64,000 nt of DNA from Tubulanus polymorphus (lineage: Eukaryota > Animalia > Nemertea), in contig NC_134029.1 of assembly GCF_964204645.1 (NCBI RefSeq), forward strand, positions 8,892,850 through 8,956,849, in the 5' to 3' direction. Below, piece by piece: positions 49,884 to 63,032 of this stretch. The position numbers and the translations under genes are program-made. Position 1 is the stretch's first letter. Every line of letters starts with the position of its first letter. The notes below the pieces were generated by a model. The model worked only from the letters and a program-made list of their open reading frames with translations. It was not told the origin of the DNA and did not search any database.

Positions 49884-50867
49884 ATGAATCGGACATTACC
49901 GCTCGAGCCGCCATCAGAGTTGTGGCAAACGACCGTCTGGTACACGTATAATTGCATAGTTTATCTCATTTGGATTATCGGTAGTATCGGCAACATTCTT
50001 ACGCTAGTTTTCCTTATTCGATTGCGCAATGAACTAGATGGCCCGAGCTCTCAATACTTGTTCTCGTTGGCTACATCAGATCTAATACATTTAAACACAA
50101 TGTCATTGAAATGGCTGGAGATGACCAGTATCGCATCGGGCACCGGTTTCGGCGTCTATGTATTCTACATATCCTCTGAGTTCGTCTGTAAGTTCTTACT
50201 AGTAACAGTGAATATCTCGGTAAAACTGTCTACATGGACTTTGTGTATTTTTGCGATTGAAAGATCACTGGCAGTTTCTATGCCTTTTAAAGTTGCTGAC
50301 GCCTTTACCAAAGTTCGACGGCGAAATCTGATCGTGTGTCAATGGACCATTGCCATCGTCGTAGAGAGCTCTTTTGCCGACGTATACGGTATTCACACTT
50401 ACTTCGACGGACGTCAAAACTGCATGGTATTTCCCAATTATAGATCGGGTGAAAATGCTGGTCTTAGAATCGCTTTTACGGTGTACGTTCGGGTAACCCA
50501 CTTCATTGTACCTTACATCATAAACGCCTCGTGTATAGTCATAATCGCTATGAAACTGACTGCAAGACCGACAAAAGCATCGAAACAAAATATTTCTAAA
50601 CAAGACAGGACATGCATCAAAAACCTCGTAACGATAACCTCATTATATCTCATTTTATCGCTGCCTAATACTTTAGTAAATTCTTTTTTTTACGCGGACC
50701 CGTCCATTTTGGATTGGCCCGGCAAACCTCACCTCTCTTACTTCGTCACATTGGTAACAGCAACAATCGAAACTTCAAACAACGCCATTAATTTCTTCAT
50801 ATATTTCATCAGCTTTAGAAAGTTTCGAATTGAAATGATAAGTTTTTTCATGAGGATTATCCGCTGA
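49884..50867 (+). CDS. Class A (rhodopsin-like) 7TM GPCR, lineage-expanded peptide/chemoreceptor type, intronless, 327 aa
   Basis: GN in TM1, YLFSLATSD in TM2, CK...AIERSLAV..P in TM3, LILSLP in TM6, NNAINFFIY..F in TM7. Confidence 0.93.
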   Translation: MNRTLPLEPPSELWQTTVWYTYNCIVYLIWIIGSIGNILTLVFLIRLRNELDGPSSQYLFSLATSDLIHLNTMSLKWLEMTSIASGTGFGVYVFYISSEFVCKFLLVTVNISVKLSTWTLCIFAIERSLAVSMPFKVADAFTKVRRRNLIVCQWTIAIVVESSFADVYGIHTYFDGRQNCMVFPNYRSGENAGLRIAFTVYVRVTHFIVPYIINASCIVIIAMKLTARPTKASKQNISKQDRTCIKNLVTITSLYLILSLPNTLVNSFFYADPSILDWPGKPHLSYFVTLVTATIETSNNAINFFIYFISFRKFRIEMISFFMRIIR

Positions 50868-51709
50868 GATATGCTTTTGGGACATTGCCATATATATTAT
50901 GTTATTATATATATATATATATATATTCACGAATAACACTTTTTTGTTGATCCATCGTTTGATTAGATTTGGGGCCACCGAACGAAGCGATGGCGTCGAA
51001 CGTTGTGAAATAAACGAAAATATCTTATCTTGACCTCGCACATCTTTTTTCGCCGAAAAATATCACGGCGACTTTTTGTCTGGCCAGTACCATGGCGGAT
51101 GCCGAACTTTTCAGCTGTACACATCTCGTGATTCTTTGCCGAGGATTCGCTTGCGAAATCCACTATGAATTTCTCCGTCCTCCTGTGTAAAATCATTGAC
51201 AATTTTTGTGGGTAGAAAAACTAAAACCCTTCAAGAAAACCTCAATCACAAATTATCCTGCATCAATCGCTAGGCTACTACTTACGTACAGCAGACCTAT
51301 ATCCCTAATCCATAGTCTCATCAAAAAGATGCCCTTTATTGATGTCCCACTTTTCATAAGTTTAAAAGAAAAATAAGATCCGCAAATGATATTTTCAATA
51401 TTCATGTTTCATATAGAAAAGAATACATTATTCGTCTTTCTAAAATACCCAAAGCTTATTTCTTAGTACTTTAAATTAATGTGCTGATTCGGACCTCACT
51501 TTCCATTTGGAAATTTAACTCCATTAAACTCCATGCATGTTAAACAGAACGGTATGATGTTCCTTGAAACCCGCCAAAAGTGAATGCGTTCTCCAAATAA
51601 AGCTCAATGCGTAGAAGAAGCTCTTTCTTGCCAGAGCTCCATACTTAAGTCCGAGAAAATGTTTAACTCTATACGTATATCGGGGATGTGCACGTCCGCA
51701 TTTCACCTA

Positions 51710-52650
51710 TCAACTGATAATCCTGGTGAAAAAGTCTCGAAACTTTCAAAAGCTGGCGAAATAGATTAAAAAGTTCGCGACATTGTTTGATGTTTCGATT
51801 GTCACTGAAGTAATGAAATAAGTGATATGAGGTTGACGAGTCCAAGTCAACTCGGACGTTTTCGCATAGAAATTAGAATTTACTATATTATTAGGTAGAG
51901 AAAGTAACAAATACAAAGAAGCTATCGCTACGATGCATGTTCTGTCTTGATTAGATGCATTCTGTACATTTTTCGAAGATTTATTCGGTCTCGCAGTTAG
52001 TACCTTAGCGATTACGATTACGCACGAGGTGTTTATGGCGTGAGTTAATCGAACATACATGGAAAACGTTGTTCTACGTACAACATTCCCATCAGCGTAA
52101 TTAGGAAATAACATACAGTTTCGACGTCCGTCTAAGTAAGCACGAATTCCGTATAAGTTGTTAAAAAGCTCTCTACGACGATGGCGATGGTCCACTGACA
52201 TACGATCAGATATCGCCGTCTAACTTTGGTAAAGTCGTCAGCAACTTTAAGAGGCATAGAAATTGCGAGTGATCTTATAATAGCAAAAATACACAGGGTC
52301 CATGTAGACAGTTTTACCGAGATAATCACTGTTACTATTAAGAACTTACAGGCGATCTCAGAGGATGTTAAAAATAAGTACACGTCCAAACTGGTGCCCG
52401 ATGCCAGTCTGGTCTTCTCCAGCCATTTCAATGACATTGTGTTTAAATAAATCAAATCTGATGTAGCCAACGAGAACAAGTATTGAGAGCTCGGGCCATC
52501 CAGTTCATTGCGCAATCGCGTGAGTAATACTAGCGTCGGGATGCTGCCGATACTACCGACAATCCAAATGAGATAAACTATAACATTGTACGTGTACCAG
52601 ACGGTCGTTTGCCACAACTCCGATGGCGGCTGCAGCAATGGTCGGTTCAT
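51710..52650 (-). pseudogene. Pseudogenised inverted duplicate of the 49884 GPCR
   Basis: High identity (PPSELWQTTVWYTYN, LRNELDGPSSQYLFSLATSD); 1-nt deletion at ~52165, in-frame deletions in TM5/TM6/TM7, and AGA>TGA at 51746-48. Confidence 0.87.
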
Positions 52651-54833
52651 GTTTGAGAAAGAAAAACGAAAATAATTGCTCAAGCGCTTGTAATATTATT
52701 CCTTGCAGTTAAAACGACTTAGTCATTAGTAATGTATCATCTACAAGTCACATAACTTCACGGATCGTAAATATTTAAATATATAAGGCCGACGGTCGCT
52801 TGCCACGAGACGACGGAGGTAGTGTCCTATCTATGGTTTCGATAGAAACGGTGAATCCGAAATGATTCGAATTGAAATAGTTGTGGCGATTTGGTGATTA
52901 TGTATCGGTGTCAAGTAATAAAACTTCATACATTAGTACATATTTCTTATCTATCTATTCAAAAGGCTTTCCCGCGTTTTTAAGGATACATGGGCACGTT
53001 CCCTGTTCTAATACATTTAACGAATAATTTGACATCATGACTCAAATTATTTTCTGAAGATATTAGCTTATTACATACGTCAAAACGTTTTAAAATTTCG
53101 ACTACATAACAAAATGGCTGTCATTTCACAGCCGAAGCCCTGGGTTCGCGCTATCGACTTTTTCAATTGAAGCAAAAGTCAACCAAAGTTCCGATTCACA
53201 CAAAGCTGTCGAATTTTGAAATACAGTGACTCGTGTACGGCTAACGAGATTTTTTCAACGAAAAATCGATCGACTCCGATTCGCATGTGATTTGCTTCAA
53301 AAGTCAATGAACCCATCATAAGCTAGACCCCCGCTATGATGATTGTTGATCAGTCTTCGCAAATTAAAAGTATACGAGATGTTATATTCATCTTTTCGGA
53401 AACGTGGACCTTAAGTGGCGCGTAGAAAAAAACAACACTACTCGCTGCGAGTGATTGTGCAACTGATTTCCAAGCATTGCCGTTAAAACAACTAATAATA
53501 GACGCAAATCGTGCCTATTTGCGCAGCTTTTGAGAACATAAGTGGCTTAGGTAAATAAAGAGCAAGGGAGACAGGGCCGCGAGTAAGACACGACCAAAGC
53601 ATCATGCGTGCATCGATTTATGGGAATTTGACGCTGTTTTCTTGTCTCTGCACCGGACAGATCGTGTTACCGAAAAGCAGCGACTGGCAACGAAGGGAAA
53701 GTAATCCGACGCCGCGCTGGCAAACGACTGAACAAGGAAAAATCGAGTTCCCTTTCAACGAACGGCGATAAAATAACCTGCCCATATCCGAGGAAGAGAA
53801 AACGCATTATTTTTTTCCAATCGCTCGATTAATAGATAAACAGGATAAACAGGATCACGCGCGAGCTTCGGAGATGACATTAAATTCATTTCCTTCGATG
53901 AATAATATGAACCCTTTTAAAATGAATATATCTTTGATGAGTCGACATTTTGAAGTTTAATATCCGATTACCTACAGTTAACTTACTATACATGCGAGTA
54001 TTAAGTAACCTGAGTTTGCTTTTTTGATCGTATTTTCATCTGGTGGGGCTTTTATTATTTCGAACGATCAACGTTACTTAATGATATTCATATGCATTCT
54101 ACTCTGCATTATTTAAGGGGTTCAGTGTGAGTCGATGTGCACTACGTCATCAATATTGGCGTTTCAAAATAGCAAATAAAATTGTGAACTTTGGCGTTCA
54201 TTTTGTAATTGAATATATTTCATAACTCTTATCTTATGAATTTAAGATATCATTTTCCGAGAGGATGTGGACTACGTCATCAATATATTTTCGAGGCTGG
54301 ACTGGTTGCCGGTCAATTCAATTCAATTTTCGATATATTCGAATTTAATGATAATTTATTTTTTAATTTAACAAAGAGAATAATGACAATAGTGATAATG
54401 TATATAGTAAATGAAGGTAACCGCGTGAGCCTAAGGCTGTACAGGTCACTGCACTTAAACAAAAAAATTTTTAAGAAATAATAACGAATGAACTTTATTG
54501 TTAACCTTAATGTTATATTATTTCATATTAAATAATTGTCGACTAGGCAATAAATGGTTTTTTCAAGGCGCCAAATGACAGTGAGGTTAGTGTTTTTGTT
54601 CCAATAGGCCTGCTATTACAAGGCGACTCAAGTTCATGTACAATCAACTCAAATGTTATACATGTATCCACTGTTTTCCTTACGCGGTGTAATTTTGATA
54701 CCTCGGTTACTTCCCGATAACTGTACCGTATAACGATTGCAATGTTGAATTGCAATGTGATAGCATCTAAAACCAAGAAGTACTAAAACAAATACCATAC
54801 ACAGCACGAGTATAATGAGGACTGTACGTTCGA

Positions 54834-55149
54834 CTGTGGCAATCGAGGATTCCATTTATGGCAAGCGAGGATTCACCACGTTCGGTAGTGTGCATTCAGA
54901 CAACAACTCCCGGATTTCTTCTCAGATTCATTTTAAAATCTAGCAATAATTTTTTATATTCTGCATATAGTGGTAAGTATAAAGTCCACCCTCTATATGA
55001 ACCTTAAGGTCATCTGAGATGATCAAGAGGAGGAATTTCTGATGAGGGAGGCTAAAAATCTAGATGAAAGTTCATTGCAAATGAACTAGATTTTGACAGG
55101 GTTGTCGCACTGATACGCACGCCATCTAGTGGGATACCTGGTGGCACAG
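54834..55149 (+). mobile_element. MITE, CTGTGGCAA-terminus family, with CTCF-like motif
   Basis: ctgtggcaatcgaggattccatttatggcaagcgaggatt ... acgccatctagtgg ... tggcacag. Confidence 0.72.
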
Positions 55150-55414
55150 AGTCGTCATGGATCGAACTTACATATATATTACGGTATATTACGTTCGGGA
55201 GGAAGCCTATGAACACGCATATCGACTGCGTTGATAGCTAAAACAATTTACGTACTCAATACAAAAGCTTCCAATAGAAGTTTTGACAACGTTAGCATAA
55301 CGAATCAAGATTGAAAATAGTTTAACATTAAACGCGATAAACAATTTCATTTTTGTATGGCACTTTAAGCCACACATCGAAACGAAATTTATTTACCAAG
55401 GCTGTAAGCCGTAT

Positions 55415-55740
55415 ATGGTGGCTGATTCGGGCCACATAAAAAACATGCATGAAGCTGGATCTCCACCAGTTATCTCTTTAAAAATTTTGTTCTTTTCGTT
55501 TTAATGCTTCGTTAAAACCAATTTCAACCAATTTTTGGTTTTAACGGGTCTTTTTCGTTTCAACGCCTCGACCACACTTTTCGGTTTTAACGCGGTCCTT
55601 TAACGCCACGTTTAAACTAGCTTTTCGACTAAACCAACTGAAACGTGGCGTTAAAACGAACAGTGAAAAATGTAAGAAAGATGGTGGAGCTTGAATGTCA
55701 GATTCGTTTTCTTAATATGGCCCGAGTCGGCCGCCACCAT
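55415..55740. mobile_element. MITE with long imperfect TIRs
   Basis: tggtggctgattcgggccacataa..ctccacca / tggtggag..ttaatatggcccgagtcggccgcca. Confidence 0.65.
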
Positions 55741-58049
55741 CAAGTACGAATAAATAAGCTTTGAGTATTTTGTCATCAAAAAAGACGAACGATGTGTAAC
55801 TTTCTATATGAAACCTAAATATTGAAGATATATATTATTTGCGGACCGTGTTTTAACCGATTTGAATACTTTTTGCCAATGTTGCCCAATTATATCAAAG
55901 CTCAAAGATATATGTCAACATAACAATCGCTTGATGCAGCCAGGGCGAACTTCGTGGTTATCGGAGTTAGTCGACTAATAGTAGAACTAAGTGAAACCGG
56001 ATGTCAGATAGTCGGAATTATAGTCCAGAAATGGTCAACCATGGGATTGAGCGCGGTCGCTGTATATAGTTCGGACCGGTTAAAAAATGGCCGATGCTGT
56101 GAAAAGACAGAGCTGCTCCAAACGCCAGCCCCTAGCTACGAACACCGAAGTTCCCTCACAAGGACACGCATGCCGCTCAATATCAGGAGAACAAAGGCTA
56201 AGCACGCGTTCTCACTGGACTTTGTCAGCAATAGGCCTAAATAAAAACTTTTTTGACTTACTTATAAATCATATTCGCGATGTAACTCTGCATAGACCTC
56301 GGAACATTTCCCAAGTATTGTCTGTTTCCGAACGTTTAAATGCTTAATATCACTATAACAGTTGATATCGGATGTGTGCATAATGGTAGACACAGCTGAC
56401 GAAATTTCACTCTCTTAACTGCTTCACTCGATCTCCCGATAATCAATCGACAGCTGCTTCGCATAGACAGTGTCGAATTATGCTTCCAGGGCCCCGTCAG
56501 TGAAAGATCACGTCTGTTGCCCTCGGTAATACGATCGTATTGTTGCATAGGTCTACAAGCAAAAACACACGCGCCGCTCCTTAAAAGAATTGTCTGTCAT
56601 CCCCTGGCGTTTGTTACAATTATGAGCATTATAAAGTGTATTAAATGTAGCGTTACTTCTTATACGTCTTATGGGAAGTAAAGTTCAAGCAGTCTGCGGG
56701 AAGTTCACATTGACAGACCAACTGACAGCTAGGCTGCTCTCTTACAATCGCGTCCGAATTCTACATATTTCAACGATTCGTGAAATCGACGAGAAACGCT
56801 TAATTAAGATATTGCTTGTTTGTTGCACCGACCAGAGCAGAAGTTGCGCAGCGATCGACAAATAGATTGATAAATACTGATAAACATTGAACGCTTTATT
56901 AACCGAGGCTACGGCTCGTTGGCATCTGTTACAACCTGTTAAAACATCGGCCGACATCGATGACGTATAAGCGCCCCAAACATTATCAGACATACCACGT
57001 CTCAACCAAATCTGAACAAATACCGATTTCGTTCGACATTACGTTTGCTAACAATTATAACTTAAATTGCGATATACATGTATAAGTAAGATGCAACTCA
57101 GATGTTGTGGCACATCCATGATGTTGTAATTAAAAGCCACGTTTGTTCAAACATAATTTCTCGATTGATACAAAACAATGTGGAGAAAATGTCATTGAAG
57201 CAGCAAGCGAACGATGATATGCATATAGTTTTTCTAGATAAATGGGATACGTCATTATACACCGACGGGATTTCCGAGACAACACTGACATTTCCTATTC
57301 GGTAGAGTGGATCCACCACTGTCCAAAGTCGCCATGGTCAAACAGTTCAACCGCCAAATAACGAGCTAAAGGTCCGAGCTCTTATTTTGAATTTATTAAA
57401 ACAATTTGATAATCTATTGATGAACTAATTACGGTACACGAGTCTTACATTTCGCAACGAGTTGGTTTTCTTGCTCCGTAAATCGGCATCTGCGGTTGTC
57501 CCTTAGTGCAGTTCGCCACTTCCCGTTAGTCTTCTAGCATTCCCAGGTAATTAGACCCACTTGTCTCAAACGTGTTGACGGAAAACGTCGCGTACTGACA
57601 CAATATGGTCCTAATTGACTCGGAGTAGTTGAGTAAAGTACGTGTTCTGGCTACACTCGAGCGTATAACGTTGTCAACTAACCAGTGCTTTACGTCGTGC
57701 GGGCTTGTCACTCCATCATATACATTTTGCCTTGGCGGACATCGCGGCAACCAAAGAAACCGTTACATTTTTACAAATATAACAGACGTCGTGCGCATAG
57801 AAGGAATGCCAGCGGAGAATTAATAATGGCGAATTCATACTAATTTTCTTCCAGCTCAATGACAATGAAATCAGTGTTAAGAGCAGTATACGTCGAATTA
57901 AAAATATTCAAATAGGTTCCGTGCAGCGATAAAGGGTTTTCTGCACAGCCACGCTGTGAAAATATAGCAATGGCGGGATCCGAACCTGGTGCGGTAACTG
58001 TGCTGACGTAAACGTATGATTAGATATGATCCTGAAAATAACTGGTTAA

Positions 58050-58242
58050 AGCCCAACGCACACGGCACCGAAAAAACGTTTCTCGTGAAAAAACGTGTTC
58101 GCTGTTTTTTGTTATGCCGTGTGCGGGGGAGGCAAAACACAAAACCCCGAACTGAATAACGTTTCACACGAGCAAAAAACGTTTTCTGAAAAACTTGTTT
58201 TCTGTTTCGGCGAAACAAATGTTTTGCCGTGTGCGTTGGGCT
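58050..58242. mobile_element. Tourist/PIF-Harbinger-type MITE with TAA TSD
   Basis: TAA|agcccaacgcacacggca ... tgccgtgtgcgttgggct|TAA, a perfect 18-bp TIR. Single ends also at ~37505-37520 and ~59791. Confidence 0.85.
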
Positions 58243-58548
58243 TAAGAGATTGCCTAAGATGCCCACGTGTGGAGCGCTCCTATTGTATGCCATCGTACTG
58301 AGGAGCTACGTTGAATCGGTGTTGAATTACACCGGATAATAACTAAATATCACAATTACGGAGACAGGAGATACTCGTAAATTCTTGATTTGTAGTTTCA
58401 TTTGAATCTTGGGAATTTGTTTTGTCGAATAATCAAACGAAATTGCCGATTTGCATTCCTGAGTCACCCTCGCACGCAGCGCGCAGGTACAATACGATAA
58501 GCATGTTAAGTCGAGATGATACATAATATCCGCGTAAGACTAAGACAA

Positions 58549-58760
58549 GAGAAATCCCACAATAATTCAGGCAAAAATTATTAATTTCTTGAGTGAAAGA
58601 GAAAATATTTGAGCGACGTTGTGGCTAAACACTATAAGCCATCATCACAGGCGTATTGACAATGGCTATATAATAGTCCTTACACAAAGCTACGCTCAAA
58701 TATATACCTTATCACTCAAGAAATTTACATCTTAGGCTGAATCATAGTGGGATTTCTCTC
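58549..58760 (-). mobile_element. Hairpin element with degenerate hammerhead-like loop
   Basis: gagaaatcccac..aatttcttgagtga..tatttgagcg / cgctcaaata..tcactcaagaaatt..gtgggatttctc; minus strand tgatgaTGGCT..AGCCacaaCGTCgctc. Confidence 0.65.
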
Positions 58761-59911
58761 GAATATCCAAGTGTAAAACACACATCCTTTTGGCGAATTG
58801 ATTTGATTTGGTACCGGCAGCCGGTCTCTCTATCATAATATCACATCGAGTTAGGTCGAGAAAATAAAATAATTTGTTTCCTCGCGCTGAATATTTGTTT
58901 TCTCGGGTCAATATTTGTTTCCTTTCTGTCATATTTGTTTTTAGATTTTTCGTGCTCGAAAAATCTCAGCCCGGCCAAAATCAGCCACCACAGGTTTCTG
59001 CTGATATTCGACTCGAATCCGAAATCGACTGAAATCTTAAGGTTCTCTCATCTAATCCTGTTAGAAAAACAAGCAAACGGTTCTACTCGTCATGCTAGTA
59101 GGCAGTTCATATAGTTATTATCATTGTTCCGTATTTGCAGTGCCTAAACTTTTTAAATATAAGTATAATCATAGTAACAATAGGGCTTTCAACGAAAGTG
59201 GTAGAAAACCCCAATTAGACATAACTACCGGTTCATTAAACAAAACGACGCAATAAGTCGGATAGTTTTCGTGTAATTTAAGCAAATTATCAGATAATCT
59301 GGTTTGTTTCGTGTCGCATTGTTAAAGCCACGAAATCTAAGCGGTGCCGACACATCAGAATACGTAGGTAAGGAATTTCGGTATTCAGTTAGCGTTGGCT
59401 AATTCAATTTATCCCAGGTCACGTTCTACTGATAAAACTTTGCATGTTTAGATTGGAACAATTCTTCGATTTTGCTACATCGAGTTCGGTGGTTTATCGG
59501 CGGATTAACATTGCTAATGAATTTGATTCAATTTTAATGAAGACTCAAATTGCTGTTAGCGTGTAGTAGTGCCAAGTACTACGAGTCAGCAGTCAATGCT
59601 ATTGAGTTGGAAACTGAAGTAGGGGTTTCTATCAATATTTGCTATCGTACTTCAATTAGGTACATTCCAGCGAATGTCGGTACTTAATAAAACCCTCTAG
59701 ATGTAGTATTTGATTGTATCCGATATCTGTGTCTATTAATATTATATATTTGTGCCGAGGAATGAAACACAGGGACTTGCTCATTGAGGATAAGGCCCAG
59801 CGTACACGACACATGTTGTGTTGCGTTAGAACAGGTTTTTCAGAAAATGTTTGAAGTGTGACCGTAAACGAAGGAATAATCGCCGCGCACCGAATTAATT
59901 GAACCGAAGAA

Positions 59912-60150
59912 AGCCACTAAAAGAAAATCTGAAGACAGCGGCGCCGGTGAATTCAAAAAAAAATCTAAGCCTGCTGCTATCAAATATAGATATGGTGTCG
60001 TCTGTCCTGACTTTATCGTATATTAATTGAATCGAGGAGAGCCACTGAAAGAAAATCTGAAGACAGAGGTGCCGAAACGGCGAATTTTAAAAAAAACCTA
60101 AATATGCTGCCCCAACCAATATAGATATGGAATCGGCTGTCCTGACTTGT
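59912..60150. repeat. Tandem duplication, unit ~128 bp x2
   Basis: agccact.aaagaaaatctgaagacag.gg.gccg ... aatatagatatgg..tcg.ctgtcctgactt occurs twice. Confidence 0.85.
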
Positions 60151-60619
60151 CTACCTCTGTAAGTCAACTGAATAATGATACAATGGTTCGCTGCTGAATA
60201 ATTATTCCAGCTGATGCTGATGAAGCGTAAGTGGGTGATTTCATTTTTCTCGCCAATTTAGCTTTCACAAAATAAGTTTATGTGATATTATGTGATATGG
60301 TGTAAATGTTCACACAATTCGTGAGAATTGGTCATTCTTTCGCGCATTTCGAAACTTTGACGGAGAAGTCCACCGATGTGTTTGACGATTATCTTTTCGG
60401 ACAAAGTCAACAGATTTTTTTTCTAACTTCATGTTGAAAAAAACTGAACATAATAGAGCACATGTTAGAGCACTGTTGAAGGAAGTTCAAATTCACGTTT
60501 AATGCACGAATGGATGCGGTATTGCCATTGTTTGTTGCTTTTTTCGAAGAAACACTTTTGGATATCACCAGGGTCTACGTTGTAAGTAAAAATCTTGTTG
60601 AACTTCGTTGATGTTATCA

Positions 60620-60893
60620 CATCCTCCATCGGCAGGGAGGCGAACCTGATGGCATCGCTACACGCAGCCACGGCACGAATCCCTGCCACAGTGGACCGGT
60701 TGAGCAGATTTTGCTCGTTGTATAATCGCTGACGCAAATTTCACGGTAGAACTATAAATGGGAAAACCCGGGCTGAAATGAAACTGGATTTCTGGTTTGC
60801 TAATACTCACATAATCTAAGCTGTGCATGTAGCTGCGCACTCGGTCTAGTGTGGCAGGGTTTCGTACCGTGGCAATCCCTGCAGAGGAGGATG
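60620..60893. mobile_element. MITE with perfect 9-bp TSD (Mutator-like length), same family as 32270
   Basis: atgttatca|catcctcc ... ggaggatg|atgttatca; shared core tataatcgct..gcaaattt..atgggaaaacccgggct.aaatgaaac. Confidence 0.82.
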
Positions 60894-61004
60894 ATGTTAT
60901 CAGGGTCGTTTAAGGCAGGGCAAGATGGCAAATTTTGGAAAAGTGCCCTCTTTGCAAATATTATTGTTATATCTTATAGAACTGTCCATTTGTTGTAGGT
61001 TACT

Positions 61005-61800
61005 TTAAAAGATACATTTAAAAACCCTCCAACAAAAAACTTGTTTTGTATAGTACAAGCATGGATGTGGTCCATTAATGATTCCCAGAAGGAAAGTATG
61101 TTTGGGATCGTTCGAGATGTTATAACTTCCGAAGCTAGGGGGATCTAATGATTTGTGGAGAAATCTGCTAACGCGAACGTTAGAACAAATATCTTCAAAA
61201 TCCTCTTTAATTGTTGCCCATAACGCTATCATATTTTTTCGAGTCCATACATAATTTATCATTAAATACCACTCCGACCTATCACGGTGTCATGTGTGCC
61301 ACTTACAGGTTACGTTATGTATTCCAGCGGATTATTCTACGTGATTGGGGACGGGATGATAACTACTTATTTAAAACATTACTAAACTAAAACCTGTTTT
61401 ATATAGAACAAGCACGTGTGTGTATATATTAATGATTCCGAGAAGGAAAATATGTTCGATATCGTTCGAGATACTATAAATTCCGAGTGGCGCAGTGGCT
61501 AAATGGTCATTGGTCTCATCAATCCAGGGTTTATGGGTTCGAACCCTGGTGGCGAGTTTCTTGGTCAAAGGCTCTTTGGTCTCTCCCTATTTGGGAAAAA
61601 GAAATATGGAACCCGCTAATAATGGCCTGCGTGGCGCTAAAAAAAACCCGAAGCTAGGGGATCCAATTATTTGTGCAGAAATAGCTCTTGCAAAATCCTC
61701 TTTAGATTTTGGCCAGGTTGTAATTATGTCATTTACAGGTGACAGCATGTATTCCAGTGGATCATTCTACTTGGTTGTTGACGGGCTCGTAGTGACTTAT
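61005..61800. repeat. Tandem duplication of ~300-365 bp, second copy interrupted by a SINE
   Basis: attaatgattcc.agaaggaaa.tatgtt..atcgttcgagat..tataa.ttccga..agctagggg and ttacagg..atgtattccag.ggat.attctac occur in both copies. Confidence 0.8.
61487..61647 (+). mobile_element. tRNA-derived SINE (tRNA-Met-like head)
   Basis: A-box TGGCGCAGTGG, gtctCATcaatc loop, B-box GGTTCGAACCC, A-tail; ccga on both sides; absent from the paralogous copy at ~61128. Confidence 0.8.
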
Positions 61801-63032
61801 CACATCGACAAGGTGTCGCCTGAAAAACTAATGTGCGTAATACCAACGATTCATAAAAGTTTTATGTTACGATATGTATGTATATATTCCTGTTTATGAT
61901 AACGTTGGTAATACGCTCAATATAGAATAACCACGCACAATCAGTGAAGCGTCAGAGTTGGTACTGGGCTACGTTTAGAAGATTCAACCAGACAATACCA
62001 CGCAACCAAGGGAGAGCTCAGTGACTGAGCTTTAAAGTTATCGCTGAATGAATGTGTTGTAACATTCTGTGAGTAAGTAAGTCATATTGATATTAGTAAT
62101 TTCATTGAACTCCAATCCAATAAGAAATTATAATATCATTAAATGGTCGAAGGTTTGGTGACTATAGAGCCTGTGATTTTTTTCAAACATTGTGGACTGG
62201 AGTATAATACGCAGGCCTAGCAATGATACGAACCACGAGTATTTTTCACCTGTTTTTATCATTTTTGTAAACAGTGCTTTGATTGATTGTACTTGAAACT
62301 TCGTACATATGTTATTTCGAAAAAAACCAATTATCATTTGTTCTGACTGCAAGGCTGGATGCCAAACCCTGTTAATAATATGGTTGTTTTTTTGTTTTTT
62401 TTTTTCTTCTATAGATAATTTGGTTTATATACTTTGGGCAGTCAACTTGACTAAAAAGTCAACGTTACTAAAAAGGTAAAATCAACAAAATTCATCAGCT
62501 TTAGTCATCTACATATTAATTGCTAAATCAACTACTGGTATTTCAACAACAAAAAATCTGAAGGTGTCTTCTCAAATAAAGATTTAAGTAAATTTCAATG
62601 AGATCCAAAGGTGTCTCGCCGGAAGAAAAACATTTAGTAAGTAAATGCTGATGGATAAACTGTCTCGGTTGTTCGTAGAGAGCGTAGACTACCTTTTGAG
62701 TGAACAAAACCGCGTTTTGGTTTGAACGTGGCAACAAATTGGACTCGAATATGTTAGTAAATTTATCATGATTATTTGGTTCAATGTTTAGTGAAAGTTT
62801 TTCCAAATATTAGTGTACTTTCATACCGGATACTTTGACAAATCCCTGGTATAGTAACAAGACCGCTTGCTTTAGATATGTCACTGGAAGGAAATAGTAT
62901 TTACATTCAACCAAAAGTATATAGTACCAATAGTATCTTTACTAAAATCTTTTGTTCATCTTTGCTGCCAATATTCTTTTGGTAAATCTTCCAATACATA
63001 TCTTACAGTGTGTTCCATTCTGAAACCTGGCA

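Noticed and set aside
54649-54855. ORF with a hydrophobic N-terminus (MESSIATVERTVLIILVL)
   Set aside because: Its start lies inside a MITE terminus; there is no splice or homology support.
61487-61560. tRNA-Met gene
   Set aside because: Acceptor stem and anticodon loop are irregular, it continues into a body with an A-tail, and it is an insertion relative to the paralogous copy, so it is a SINE.
62543-62806. 87-aa minus-strand ORF
   Set aside because: Non-ATG start and no recognisable domain or splice support.
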